NCBI RefSeq assembly: GCF_000341395.1
Contig: NC_020304.1
Span: 3,150,001 to 3,182,000 of the forward strand
Reading direction: 5' to 3'
Length of the DNA: 32,000 nucleotides
Source of the DNA: Desulfocapsa sulfexigens DSM 10523
GTDB lineage: Bacteria > Desulfobacterota > Desulfobulbia > Desulfobulbales > Desulfocapsaceae
A program made the position numbers and the translations under genes. Numbering within the stretch: the first letter of the stretch is position 1; every line of letters begins with the position of its first letter. Positions 9,875 to 17,445 of the stretch are shown piece after piece. The notes below the pieces were generated by a model. That model ran no database searches, was not told the DNA's origin, and was given only the letters and a program-made list of their open reading frames with translations.

Positions 9875-10780
9875 ATGTCACTTTTTGCATTTCTCGGTAC
9901 CCTTGAAATCGGCCTTATTTATGGTCTGGTTGCCCTTGGTGTTTTTCTGACGTTTAGAATTCTTGACTTTCCAGATCTGACCGTTGATGGAAGCTTCCCC
10001 ATGGGTGGTGCCGTAGCTGCAACTGCCATTATTGCAGGGGTAAATCCCTGGCTTGCGACCATCCTCGCCATGGCTTGTGGTGCTCTGTGTGGTCTGGTTA
10101 CAGCCTTTCTAGCAGTGCGTTGTGGAATATTGCATCTTCTGGCATCCATCCTGACAATGATAGCTGCCTTTTCTGTGAATATCAGAATTATGGGGCGCCC
10201 CAATATTGCGCTTCTTGGAGAGGCTACCATTTTCACTCCCTTTGAACAGGGGATATTTGACCAGCTTCACGTTCACCTCGCCATAGTATTTCTCCTGGTT
10301 CTCTTTTCAGCACTTTTTATTATTCGTCTTCTCACAAGTGATTTTGGCCTCGGCCTCAGGGCAACTGGTGTAAATGACCGTATGGTCGCAGCACAGGGTG
10401 GAAATATAGGATTTTTTACCTATTTTGGTTTGGCACTCTCCAATGGCTTTGTCGGTTTTGCTGGGGCTCTTTTTGCTCAGAGTAATTCATTCGCCGATGT
10501 GACCTCGGGAGTTGGTACCATTGTCGTTGGACTTGCTGCCGTTATCCTGGGGCAAACCCTACTCACAGGAAACCGTATTTGGATAGCTGTTGTTGCCGTC
10601 ATTGTCGGTTCAATTCTCTATCGACTCGCTGTTGCCTTCGCTCTCAGCAGCGGTATGTTTGGTATGCAGGCATCGGATCTTAATCTCGTCACTGCAGCCC
10701 TGGTGGCAATAGCCCTAATTGCGCCAAAGATGAAAGGGAAAATCCGATTTGGATCGTTGAGGGGACCTAGCACTACATGA
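9875..10780 (+). CDS. ABC transporter permease (COG4120 family)
   Basis: 301 aa, highly hydrophobic and multi-spanning. Lies directly after the binding protein and overlaps the ATPase gene by ATGA. Confidence 0.85.
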   Translation: MSLFAFLGTLEIGLIYGLVALGVFLTFRILDFPDLTVDGSFPMGGAVAATAIIAGVNPWLATILAMACGALCGLVTAFLAVRCGILHLLASILTMIAAFSVNIRIMGRPNIALLGEATIFTPFEQGIFDQLHVHLAIVFLLVLFSALFIIRLLTSDFGLGLRATGVNDRMVAAQGGNIGFFTYFGLALSNGFVGFAGALFAQSNSFADVTSGVGTIVVGLAAVILGQTLLTGNRIWIAVVAVIVGSILYRLAVAFALSSGMFGMQASDLNLVTAALVAIALIAPKMKGKIRFGSLRGPSTT

Positions 10781-11571
10781 TTACTCTTCAAAAGATCCGT
10801 GTAACCTTTAATGCTGGTACGATTCTTGAGAACAGGGCGTTGCGTAATGTTTCTCTCGCAATTCCAGAAGGGCAGTTTGTGACCATTATTGGATCAAATG
10901 GTGCTGGAAAATCAACCCTCCTTGGTGCAGTAAGTGGTGAAACAGCCATATCTCAGGGAAGTGTCGCCATAGGTGACGTTGATGTGACCAGATGGCCAGT
11001 ACATAAACGGGCAAAATTTGCCGCCAGGGTATTTCAAAACCCCCTTGCTGGAACCTGTGCAACCTTAAGTATTGAAGAAAACATGGCGCTTGCCTATAAA
11101 CGAGGGAAACAACGTGGCTGGCATCTGGCCCTGTCATCAAACCGTAGAAAGATTTTCCAGGATCGAATTTCCATTCTTGGTCTCGGCCTGGAAGACCGTC
11201 TAAGTGATTCCATCGGTCTGCTTTCAGGTGGACAGAGACAGGCGGTCAGTCTGGTTATGGCGACCCTCAGTGACAGTCATCTTCTCCTTCTGGATGAACA
11301 TACCGCAGCACTTGATCCACGTATGGCAGCCTTTGTACTCGAACTTACCAACAAGGTGGTTAAGGAGTTTTCGCTTACCGTGATGATGGTGACTCATTCG
11401 ATGAAAGATGCTCTTGCCAGTGGAGATCGAACCATCATGCTCCATCAGGGGGAGGTGGTTTTTGATGTTGCAGGCGATGAGAGAAAAAAACTCGATGTCC
11501 CTCAATTGCTCGAAATGTTTAGTCGTGTTCGCAATGAAGAACTCTCCGACGACAGCCTTCTGCTGGGTTGA
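10777..11571 (+). CDS. ABC transporter ATP-binding protein (COG1101 family)
   Basis: Walker A GSNGAGKST, signature LSGGQRQ, Walker B LLLLDEHTAALD, H-loop THS. Confidence 0.9.
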   Translation: MITLQKIRVTFNAGTILENRALRNVSLAIPEGQFVTIIGSNGAGKSTLLGAVSGETAISQGSVAIGDVDVTRWPVHKRAKFAARVFQNPLAGTCATLSIEENMALAYKRGKQRGWHLALSSNRRKIFQDRISILGLGLEDRLSDSIGLLSGGQRQAVSLVMATLSDSHLLLLDEHTAALDPRMAAFVLELTNKVVKEFSLTVMMVTHSMKDALASGDRTIMLHQGEVVFDVAGDERKKLDVPQLLEMFSRVRNEELSDDSLLLG

Positions 11572-11682
11572 GAAAAAAACGCTTATGGCAATGATATTAC
11601 AGCAAACCATGCTATAATAATTCATCTATTGTCGCCTGTTTAATACAAGTATCAGTCACGAAGGAATAGAGGTCCAATCACG

Positions 11683-13203
11683 TTGTTTGAAACCATTTCC
11701 ACTCCTAAGTTTATATCTTTTCTCCTTATAGCCGCAGGTGCCTCCCTTCTGTTTGTCGCCATTATTACCGGGATGCGGTTAAAAAGAAAACTGCCGCTTT
11801 CCCTCCAATACAAGTGGCTGCTTCTGATCTGGCTGATGGCTTTTTTCTTCTGTGGTCATCTTTTCTTTGCCTGGCTTCTCTGGCACGACTTTGCCTTTCC
11901 TCATATACTTATAGCAGCCTCCATCTTTTTTGGAGGAACCTTTGCTCTGTTTCTTATTGCCCTGACCAGAGCAAGTGCCAGAGCTTTCTGGGAAAGTAAG
12001 ACAAAATTGAAGGAGGCCAGTGCAACACTTAAAATTAAAAATAGTATGCTCGACAGGGAGATCACTGCTCATTCAAAGACAGAAGCAGAACTTGAGAGGT
12101 CCAATACCCTCTTTTTAAAAGATCTCTTTGAGATGATGGTGGAAGTTCTCGCAAATCGGGATCAGTATACCTTTGACCATGCCATCCACGTTGCCGCTCT
12201 TTCAAAAATCGTCGGTGAAGAAATCGGTCTTGATAAAGAAGAGCTTGAAATCCTTGAACTTGGATGTCTGGTCCATGATATTGGGAAAACTGCTATACCA
12301 GATGATATTCTTTTAAAACCTGATCGTTTTGATTTTCAGGATAGAAAAATCATGGATTATCATCCGTTAATTGGTGCTAAGCTCATCAGCAGACATATCC
12401 AGGATGACAGAATTACCGATATTATTCTGAAACACCATGAACGACTCGATGGAAGTGGCTACCCTTTTGGCCTTAAAGGTCCAGAAATCGGGTTATTGCC
12501 ACGTATTGTCGGAGTAGCAGATACCTACGATGCTCTTGTGAGTCTGCGCCCTTATAAGACACCTTTTTCTCACAAAAAGGCCATGGCTGTTCTCAAAGAT
12601 GAGGCGAAGAGTGGAAAGCTTGACAGTAATGTGGTGAAGGTCTTTGGTAAGGTCATCAAAAGCCATAAACAGTCACTGGCTACGCACCCAATTACTGCAG
12701 GCTTCATGAAGGACATAGAGTTGTTCCGAAGTCGAGCCTATTTTCGGGAGCCTCTGAGTGATTTTTACAACTATCGCTACCTGCTTTCACTGGATGATGC
12801 CAGACTTCTGGCGAAAGAATATCTCGCCTATGACCTTATCCTGATACGTTTCCCTGATTTCAACAGCTTGCAGGTGGATATAGGGTATGCCGTGGCTGAT
12901 CAGGTTGCTGATGAATTAGGGCACAATCTTCTCGAAATTATTACCACAATCAGTCGTACAAGAAAATACTATGATGGCTCGGTAATGCTTTTTAAAAAAG
13001 GCCTGGATTATCTTGTCTATTCAGAATGTGAAGAACCATACAATCATGAAGAGTTACTGGAAAATGTTACAGGGATATTAGATCAGGCAGAAACTGACTG
13101 GCACCTGGTCTACACAATTTCCTCCCATCAGTTTACCCCAGGGACTCCGATTGTCCAGGCAATCTGTCGTCTTTTCAGTGAAACTGTCTCACAAAAAAGT
13201 TAA
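11683..13203 (+). CDS. Membrane-anchored HD-GYP domain protein with degenerate GGDEF-like C-terminal domain
   Basis: TTG start. About 3 N-terminal TM segments, then a coiled segment. HD-GYP motifs are HAIHVAAL, GCLVHDIGK and HHERLDGSGYP. The C-terminus (PLSDFYNYRYL..LILIRFPDFNSLQVDIGYAVADQVADELG) resembles GGDEF but has no GG(D/E)EF motif. Confidence 0.85.
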   Translation: MFETISTPKFISFLLIAAGASLLFVAIITGMRLKRKLPLSLQYKWLLLIWLMAFFFCGHLFFAWLLWHDFAFPHILIAASIFFGGTFALFLIALTRASARAFWESKTKLKEASATLKIKNSMLDREITAHSKTEAELERSNTLFLKDLFEMMVEVLANRDQYTFDHAIHVAALSKIVGEEIGLDKEELEILELGCLVHDIGKTAIPDDILLKPDRFDFQDRKIMDYHPLIGAKLISRHIQDDRITDIILKHHERLDGSGYPFGLKGPEIGLLPRIVGVADTYDALVSLRPYKTPFSHKKAMAVLKDEAKSGKLDSNVVKVFGKVIKSHKQSLATHPITAGFMKDIELFRSRAYFREPLSDFYNYRYLLSLDDARLLAKEYLAYDLILIRFPDFNSLQVDIGYAVADQVADELGHNLLEIITTISRTRKYYDGSVMLFKKGLDYLVYSECEEPYNHEELLENVTGILDQAETDWHLVYTISSHQFTPGTPIVQAICRLFSETVSQKS

Positions 13204-13360
13204 AATGATAAATTTGTAAAAGTTTAGATCGAATTTGTCAGTTTGAGCAACACGACGTGAGAGAACCTGACACTCACAGTAGGTATATAATTATTAAGGA
13301 TTACATGAAACTGTTGATCTTATCACTGGCTATTAACGACAGATGAGTAGAAATAGAAAG

Positions 13361-13388
13361 GGGCAGAATCAAATGAATGATCCTGCCC
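13361..13388 (-). terminator. Rho-independent terminator downstream of the PEP-CTERM reading frame
   Basis: On the minus strand, GGGCAGGATC-loop-GATTCTGCCC (10 bp including one G-U) is followed by CTTTCTATTTCT. It lies 26 nt past the stop at 13414. Confidence 0.6.
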
Positions 13389-13413
13389 TTGAAGAAGCTT
13401 TTCAGGGTACGTG

Positions 13414-14116
13414 TTACTTTTTCATCTTACGAAGTCTAAAGCCTACAAGTCCAACTAAACCTGTTCCGAAGAGGAGCATCGTTGCAGGTTCAGAGACTGG
13501 GTCTGCGAAATCACCCTGAGCATTCATTGAAATATTAGGAGCATTGTACAATCTGCTGACCCAAGTGCCTCCAAAATCGTCTCTAACATTAAACCAGTAC
13601 GCCCATTCAGGGGAAGCATTTACACGCCAGTGTTATTTTATACGATACGTTTGCCGCCATTTCAAGAGAACGGGCAGCAGTTACATTGTAACCAGCACCA
13701 GCTCCGTATGAAGTTGACCCAATAGTAACTGTATCTGTAGTATAAGTATCATCTATGAAAATTGTATGACCATCATTACCTCCAGCTGCGAAAATTACAT
13801 TTTGATCCACAGACGACATAATGTAAGTTGTAAAAATATGGATATTATGACCATCCTCAGAGCCTAGTGTTGCAAAACTGTCATTAGCAGGAGACCATGG
13901 GCCGTTGTCTCCAGTAACATAGCCTTTAAACCCAACACTTGGAAATTGGCTTACATCTGTGAAGTAGTAACTGCTACTGTATGAGCCAAGATCATAGTAG
14001 TAGTAAGACCAATAGTTATCATAAGATGTGTGGGATGGGGTCGGACCAAGCCAATTGCCTGACTTGACAAGATAAAGGAATGAAAAACAGGCTGTATTTT
14101 TCCTTAAACACATCAT
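13414..14116 (-). pseudogene. PEP-CTERM sorting-domain protein, reading frame broken by a 1-nt frameshift near 13610..13636
   Basis: ORF 13607..14116 is Y/S/T/G/N-rich and secreted-protein-like, with GGNDGHTIFIDD. It stops at 13607. The +1 frame is open from 13632 to the stop at 13414 and ends in PVSEPATMLLFGTGLVGLVGFRLRKMKK, a canonical PEP-CTERM motif with TM segment and basic tail. Removing one A in ATAACA (about 13633) fuses the frames. There is no SD before the ATG at 14116. Confidence 0.65.
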
Positions 14117-14279
14117 TTTATAGGCAAAAATGGTTTTTTAAGGAGAATAACAGGAGACAGACAACATTTTATGCCTGTCCTTCAGCAAAAATTCCGTCGC
14201 ACGCGACTTCTCAAGTGGCACACAGGAGATCTCCCAGGGTGAACACATGTCTTTCAGCACGTGAATGCCGGGTTTACGG

Positions 14280-14347
14280 ATACGCCTTATAATGGATAGA
14301 GGACTTTATCTTGTTGTGCAGACTCGTCCCGACGCATACGCCTTATA
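14280..14347. repeat. Two exact copies of the 12-mer ATACGCCTTATA, 56 nt apart
   Basis: 14280..14291 and 14336..14347 are identical. Both are preceded by ACG(G/C). Confidence 0.7.
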
Positions 14348-14477
14348 CCCGATTCCTGTTCGTCTTCCCGTGCCTTTGCAGTATCTGATGTTCGGATGTC
14401 CCCCTTCAGAAGCATTGTCACCAATGCTCCGTTGCCTACCGCTATACCCTTCGCCTCCATCTGGCTGGGTTTAAGAC

Positions 14478-14506
14478 TTGCCAAGTATTTGATTATACGT
14501 TACACT
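14478..14506 (+). promoter_or_regulatory. Candidate sigma70 promoter for ORF 14687
   Basis: TTGCCA (14478..14483), 17-nt spacer, TACACT (14501..14506). This would give a ~170-nt leader containing the 14526..14602 hairpins. Confidence 0.3.
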
Positions 14507-14686
14507 TGACTCACTTTTAAGATCATGTGCCGTGCCCGGTACACACAAGCGGGTCAAGTGCGACGCGAAAAAGCGTCGCGCGACTGGCCCAAATCGTTGT
14601 GTCGACATAAAAAGTCCACATATCTCCCTATTTTTTTGGATATTTTAGAATTTTCTCTGTTCTGCTGACTACAAGGAGGATGAGTA

Positions 14687-15016
14687 ATGACAGATAAAAG
14701 TTGCCCAATAACCCCAGGGGTCCCGGATCTTTCAACCATAGAGACGGTTTCACTTAATCCAGAAAATACTCTCCAGAATTACCAGAAGGCCATGGTAATT
14801 GCCAAGGAACAAGCAGAACAGCGTTTAGAGGAGTACATGCTTATTTCCTGGTATGATCGAGACCGAGACTTCGAGTCACCTCCCAATACTACTGAAAAAT
14901 CTGATGATGGCCCAAAAGATGGCTATATCCACTACGGCCTGAACCATGGAGCAAAGCTTAAAGTCGATATCGAGAATGGCAGGTTTGTCTTTTTCTTTAC
15001 CCCGATTGAATGGTGA
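14687..15016 (+). CDS. Hypothetical protein, 109 aa
   Basis: Strong SD AAGGAGG (14673..14679) lies 7 nt before the ATG. Coherent acidic/helical then beta-like composition (ISWYDRDRDFESP..GYIHYGLNHGAKLKVDIENGRFVFFFTPIEW). No family recognised with certainty. Confidence 0.7.
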   Translation: MTDKSCPITPGVPDLSTIETVSLNPENTLQNYQKAMVIAKEQAEQRLEEYMLISWYDRDRDFESPPNTTEKSDDGPKDGYIHYGLNHGAKLKVDIENGRFVFFFTPIEW

Positions 15017-15250
15017 GATGATAACTCCCGTTGATTAGTTCAGAGATGCCATGGACAATCACGAAAGCCTACAAAAATTTGCCGTTACTATAGACATCTC
15101 GAAGTTCTATAGTTTCATAAATTTCTAAACCATTACCTTATTCCTGTAGAGTCGAATTCCTTCACATTCTGCTTTTCCAATTGTCAGGTCAGGTGTCAAC
15201 AACAAATAATTTGTAGTTGTTCTTCCTCTTTATTTCCTCATTAGAGTAAA

Positions 15251-15262
15251 ATACGCCTTAAA
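15251..15262. repeat. Third copy (11/12) of the ATACGCCTTATA motif
   Basis: ATACGCCTTAAA at 15251..15262, in the non-coding gap downstream of ORF 14687..15016. Confidence 0.5.
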
Positions 15263-15331
15263 TTCTTTAGTAACCAGATCATCAGATATTAGTACAAATT
15301 GGGTAATTCTCTGCCCGATATCAACCCGATT

Positions 15332-15353
15332 CCGACAGATGTCGGCTTTTTTT
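15332..15353 (+). terminator. Rho-independent terminator with no adjacent upstream ORF
   Basis: CCGAC-AGAT-GTCGG followed by CTTTTTTT. It lies ~315 nt after the stop of ORF 14687..15016. Confidence 0.55.
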
Positions 15354-15451
15354 CTCCATTTAATCGTCCTACAGTGAAGATATACCCAGAGAGGATTCTA
15401 ATCTGACTGAATTACCTTAACGGTTGTAAACAACAAGTAGGAGGAGAGAGT

Positions 15452-16198
15452 ATGAAACTATTGAGAACAATAATTGGAGTAATAGTTCTGATCTGTAGTG
15501 TAAGTTTAGCTGGAAATTCTTTTGCTCAAAAATCCGGAAATCATGATGATGTGGAAATAGAAATAATTTCTAATCAACGTGGAAGCCTGGGGGACTTTTT
15601 CGCCTCAGGTAGGTGGACGGGAATTGAGCAGCAATATGTAATTTCCAGACATAATGAGCCCTATCGTCTCAGAGTGACCAACCATGGAAATAAGCGGGTT
15701 GGAGTTGTTATTGCGGTGGATGGGAGAAACATTCTTAGCGGGCATCCCTCAAATTTACAATCGAATGAGCACATGTGTATTCTGGAACCTGACCAATCAA
15801 AGTATTATGCAGGGTGGAATGTGGGGAGACACCAGATCAATGGATTTGTTTTTAACAATATGGACAATTTTGAACCAGGAAGAAGAAAACCCCAAAATGG
15901 TGTCGGCATAATTGCCCTTGCTGTATTTGACGAGCAGCATAGGGGGAGACAAGATAATTATGGCTACTGGAAAAACCGCAACGGATCTGTAAAACCTTAT
16001 GGTCGGGAGGCTCATTTTGTGCCAGGACATAGAGCAACTGCTAAGAATTTTATCAGGTATGAATCTCGTAACAGCCTGTGTAAAAAAGGGATGATTCAGT
16101 GCGGGCCAAAAAAACATAAGGATCATTTATTAAATGGCGGCCACAGAAATAACGGCTTTGTATCTTTTCCTCCCTTCAATTTTAAACTGAGGTTTTAA
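15452..16198 (+). CDS. Secreted hypothetical protein, 248 aa
   Basis: SD TAGGAGGAG before the ATG. Signal peptide MKLLRTIIGVIVLICSVSLAGNSFA-Q. Beta-rich core YRLRVTNHGNKRVGVVIAVDGRNILSG. Basic His/Lys/Arg-rich tail ending FNFKLRF. Confidence 0.75.
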   Translation: MKLLRTIIGVIVLICSVSLAGNSFAQKSGNHDDVEIEIISNQRGSLGDFFASGRWTGIEQQYVISRHNEPYRLRVTNHGNKRVGVVIAVDGRNILSGHPSNLQSNEHMCILEPDQSKYYAGWNVGRHQINGFVFNNMDNFEPGRRKPQNGVGIIALAVFDEQHRGRQDNYGYWKNRNGSVKPYGREAHFVPGHRATAKNFIRYESRNSLCKKGMIQCGPKKHKDHLLNGGHRNNGFVSFPPFNFKLRF

Positions 16199-16264
16199 CA
16201 TACAGAAAACACATGTTTCGAACAGACATGAGTTGATGTTGATAGGGTAAACCGTATCAACATA

Positions 16265-16306
16265 CTTTCAGCAGGTCAGGTAGGGTGAAAACCGACCTGT
16301 TGAAAG
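16265..16306. terminator. 13-bp stem hairpin between convergent genes (possible bidirectional terminator)
   Basis: CTTTCAGCAGGTC - 16-nt loop - GACCTGTTGAAAG (one G-U). A second hairpin, GTTGATA..TATCAAC, lies just upstream. Neither side has a clean U-tract. Confidence 0.45.
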
Positions 16307-16349
16307 TAAGGAATAGCATTAAGCCTAAAAAAAAGATTAAAAAACAATA

Positions 16350-17318
16350 CTACATAAGGCCAACTTCCCTGTAATACTTGACGGCTCCATCGTGCAAAGG
16401 AGCAGAAAGACCATTTTTTATCATATCTTCTTTTTTCAGGTTTGCAAAAGCAGGCTCTGACTTCCTGAATTGATCGAAGTTTTCAAATACTGCTTTGACA
16501 ACGTTATAGATTATATCAACAGGGACATCGGAGGAGGATACTAAGGTCGCATCGACGCCAAAGGTCGGGATGTCAGTATCAGTGCCACGGTACATTCCAC
16601 CAGGGACAATGGCTTTACGGTAATATTCGTTTTCAGCAACGAGTTTGTCAACCTCTGGCACTTCCACACTAACCATGACTGCGTCACAAAGTGTGCTAGC
16701 CTCTTTTATTGATTGATTTGGGTGGCCAACGGTAAAAACCATGGCATCCACTTTGTTTTCACAAAGGGCCTTGGACTGTTCAGAAGATCTGAGTTCTAAG
16801 GCGAGTTTGAAGTCTGCGTTGGTCCAGTTAACCGCATCCATAAGGGCCTCCATGGTGCCACGCTGCCCGGAACCGGGATTACCAATGTTTACACGTTTGC
16901 CTTTCAAGTCTTTAAAATCTTTGATTCCAGAATCAGAACGGGCCACAACGGTGAATGGTTCGGGGTATATGGAAAAAATCGTGCGCAACTTTGTGTTTGG
17001 TCCTTCCTTTTTGAATTTTGATGTTCCATTATATGCATGATTCAGCAGGTCAGACTGGGCAATACCCATGTCAAATTCTCCTGAAGCAATGGTGTTAAGA
17101 TTGTAGACCGATCCACCAGTACTCTCAGCCAGGCAATGAACCCCATGCTCCTTCCTCGATTTATTTACAAGACCGCAGATTGCTCTACCTGTTGGATAAT
17201 AAATACTGGTCATCCCTCCGGTACCAACGGTCACAAATTGCTGTTCTGCTGATGATGGGCTGGATGCGAGCGTGAGGGTGAATGTGCAACAAATGATTAT
17301 TCTGGATATACATTTCAT
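16350..17318 (-). CDS. TAXI-family TRAP transporter solute-binding receptor
   Basis: Signal peptide followed by FVTVGTGGMTSIYYPTGRAICGLVN, the TAXI hallmark. 322 aa. No TRAP membrane component is present in the window. Confidence 0.85.
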   Translation of the reverse strand: MKCISRIIICCTFTLTLASSPSSAEQQFVTVGTGGMTSIYYPTGRAICGLVNKSRKEHGVHCLAESTGGSVYNLNTIASGEFDMGIAQSDLLNHAYNGTSKFKKEGPNTKLRTIFSIYPEPFTVVARSDSGIKDFKDLKGKRVNIGNPGSGQRGTMEALMDAVNWTNADFKLALELRSSEQSKALCENKVDAMVFTVGHPNQSIKEASTLCDAVMVSVEVPEVDKLVAENEYYRKAIVPGGMYRGTDTDIPTFGVDATLVSSSDVPVDIIYNVVKAVFENFDQFRKSEPAFANLKKEDMIKNGLSAPLHDGAVKYYREVGLM

Positions 17319-17328
17319 TCGTGTTCTC

Positions 17329-17351
17329 CTGTAGAATGAACAATTCTACAG
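17329..17351 (-). promoter_or_regulatory. Perfect 9-bp inverted repeat abutting the TAXI gene ribosome-binding site
   Basis: CTGTAGAAT-5 nt-ATTCTACAG. On the minus strand the 3-prime arm runs into CAGGAGAA, 8 nt before the ATG at 17318. A CTGAAA-N17-TATACT promoter-like pair lies just upstream. Confidence 0.45.
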
Positions 17352-17445
17352 CCTAGTATACTTTGGGCTGGTCTTACTTTCAGCAGTTTAATACCGTTTG
17401 AAATTATTTTCAGGGAATTAAAACAGGAAAAGGAAGAGTGTTTTT

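Larger units (their letters stand above)
14117..14686. other. ORF-poor, hairpin-dense non-coding island (candidate structured RNA and/or long 5-prime leader)
   Basis: No ORF here has an RBS or a protein signature. There are multiple stable helices (14383..14397, 14411..14428, 14526..14543, 14543..14602), a 10-bp palindrome GGAGATCTCC (14225..14234), and internal repeats. Confidence 0.45.

Noticed and set aside
13607-13612. A CCC-TGA shifty stop at the end of the upstream PEP-CTERM frame, as a programmed +1 frameshift site (RF2-like).
   Set aside because: No upstream SD-like stimulator is present. The alternative product would include an out-of-character ACKCFP segment. A simple 1-nt indel near 13633 gives a more natural protein (YKIHWRVNASPEW).
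14216-14232. TGGCAC as the -24 element of a sigma54 promoter.
   Set aside because: There is no TTGC -12 element at the required spacing; the sequence there is AGATC.
14117-14686. Possible RNase P RNA, tmRNA, SRP RNA, group II intron fragment or known riboswitch. Hints were AAAGTCC, GCGGTAGG, GTGCGAC and GACTGGCCC.
   Set aside because: The motif-like strings are on the wrong strand or in the wrong order for RNase P. There is no tmRNA T-arm/CCA end. No domain V hairpin with the AGC triad could be folded. The ZTP-like GGGTC...GACTGGC is split by a hairpin and lacks the CCGCCTGGGC pseudoknot partner.
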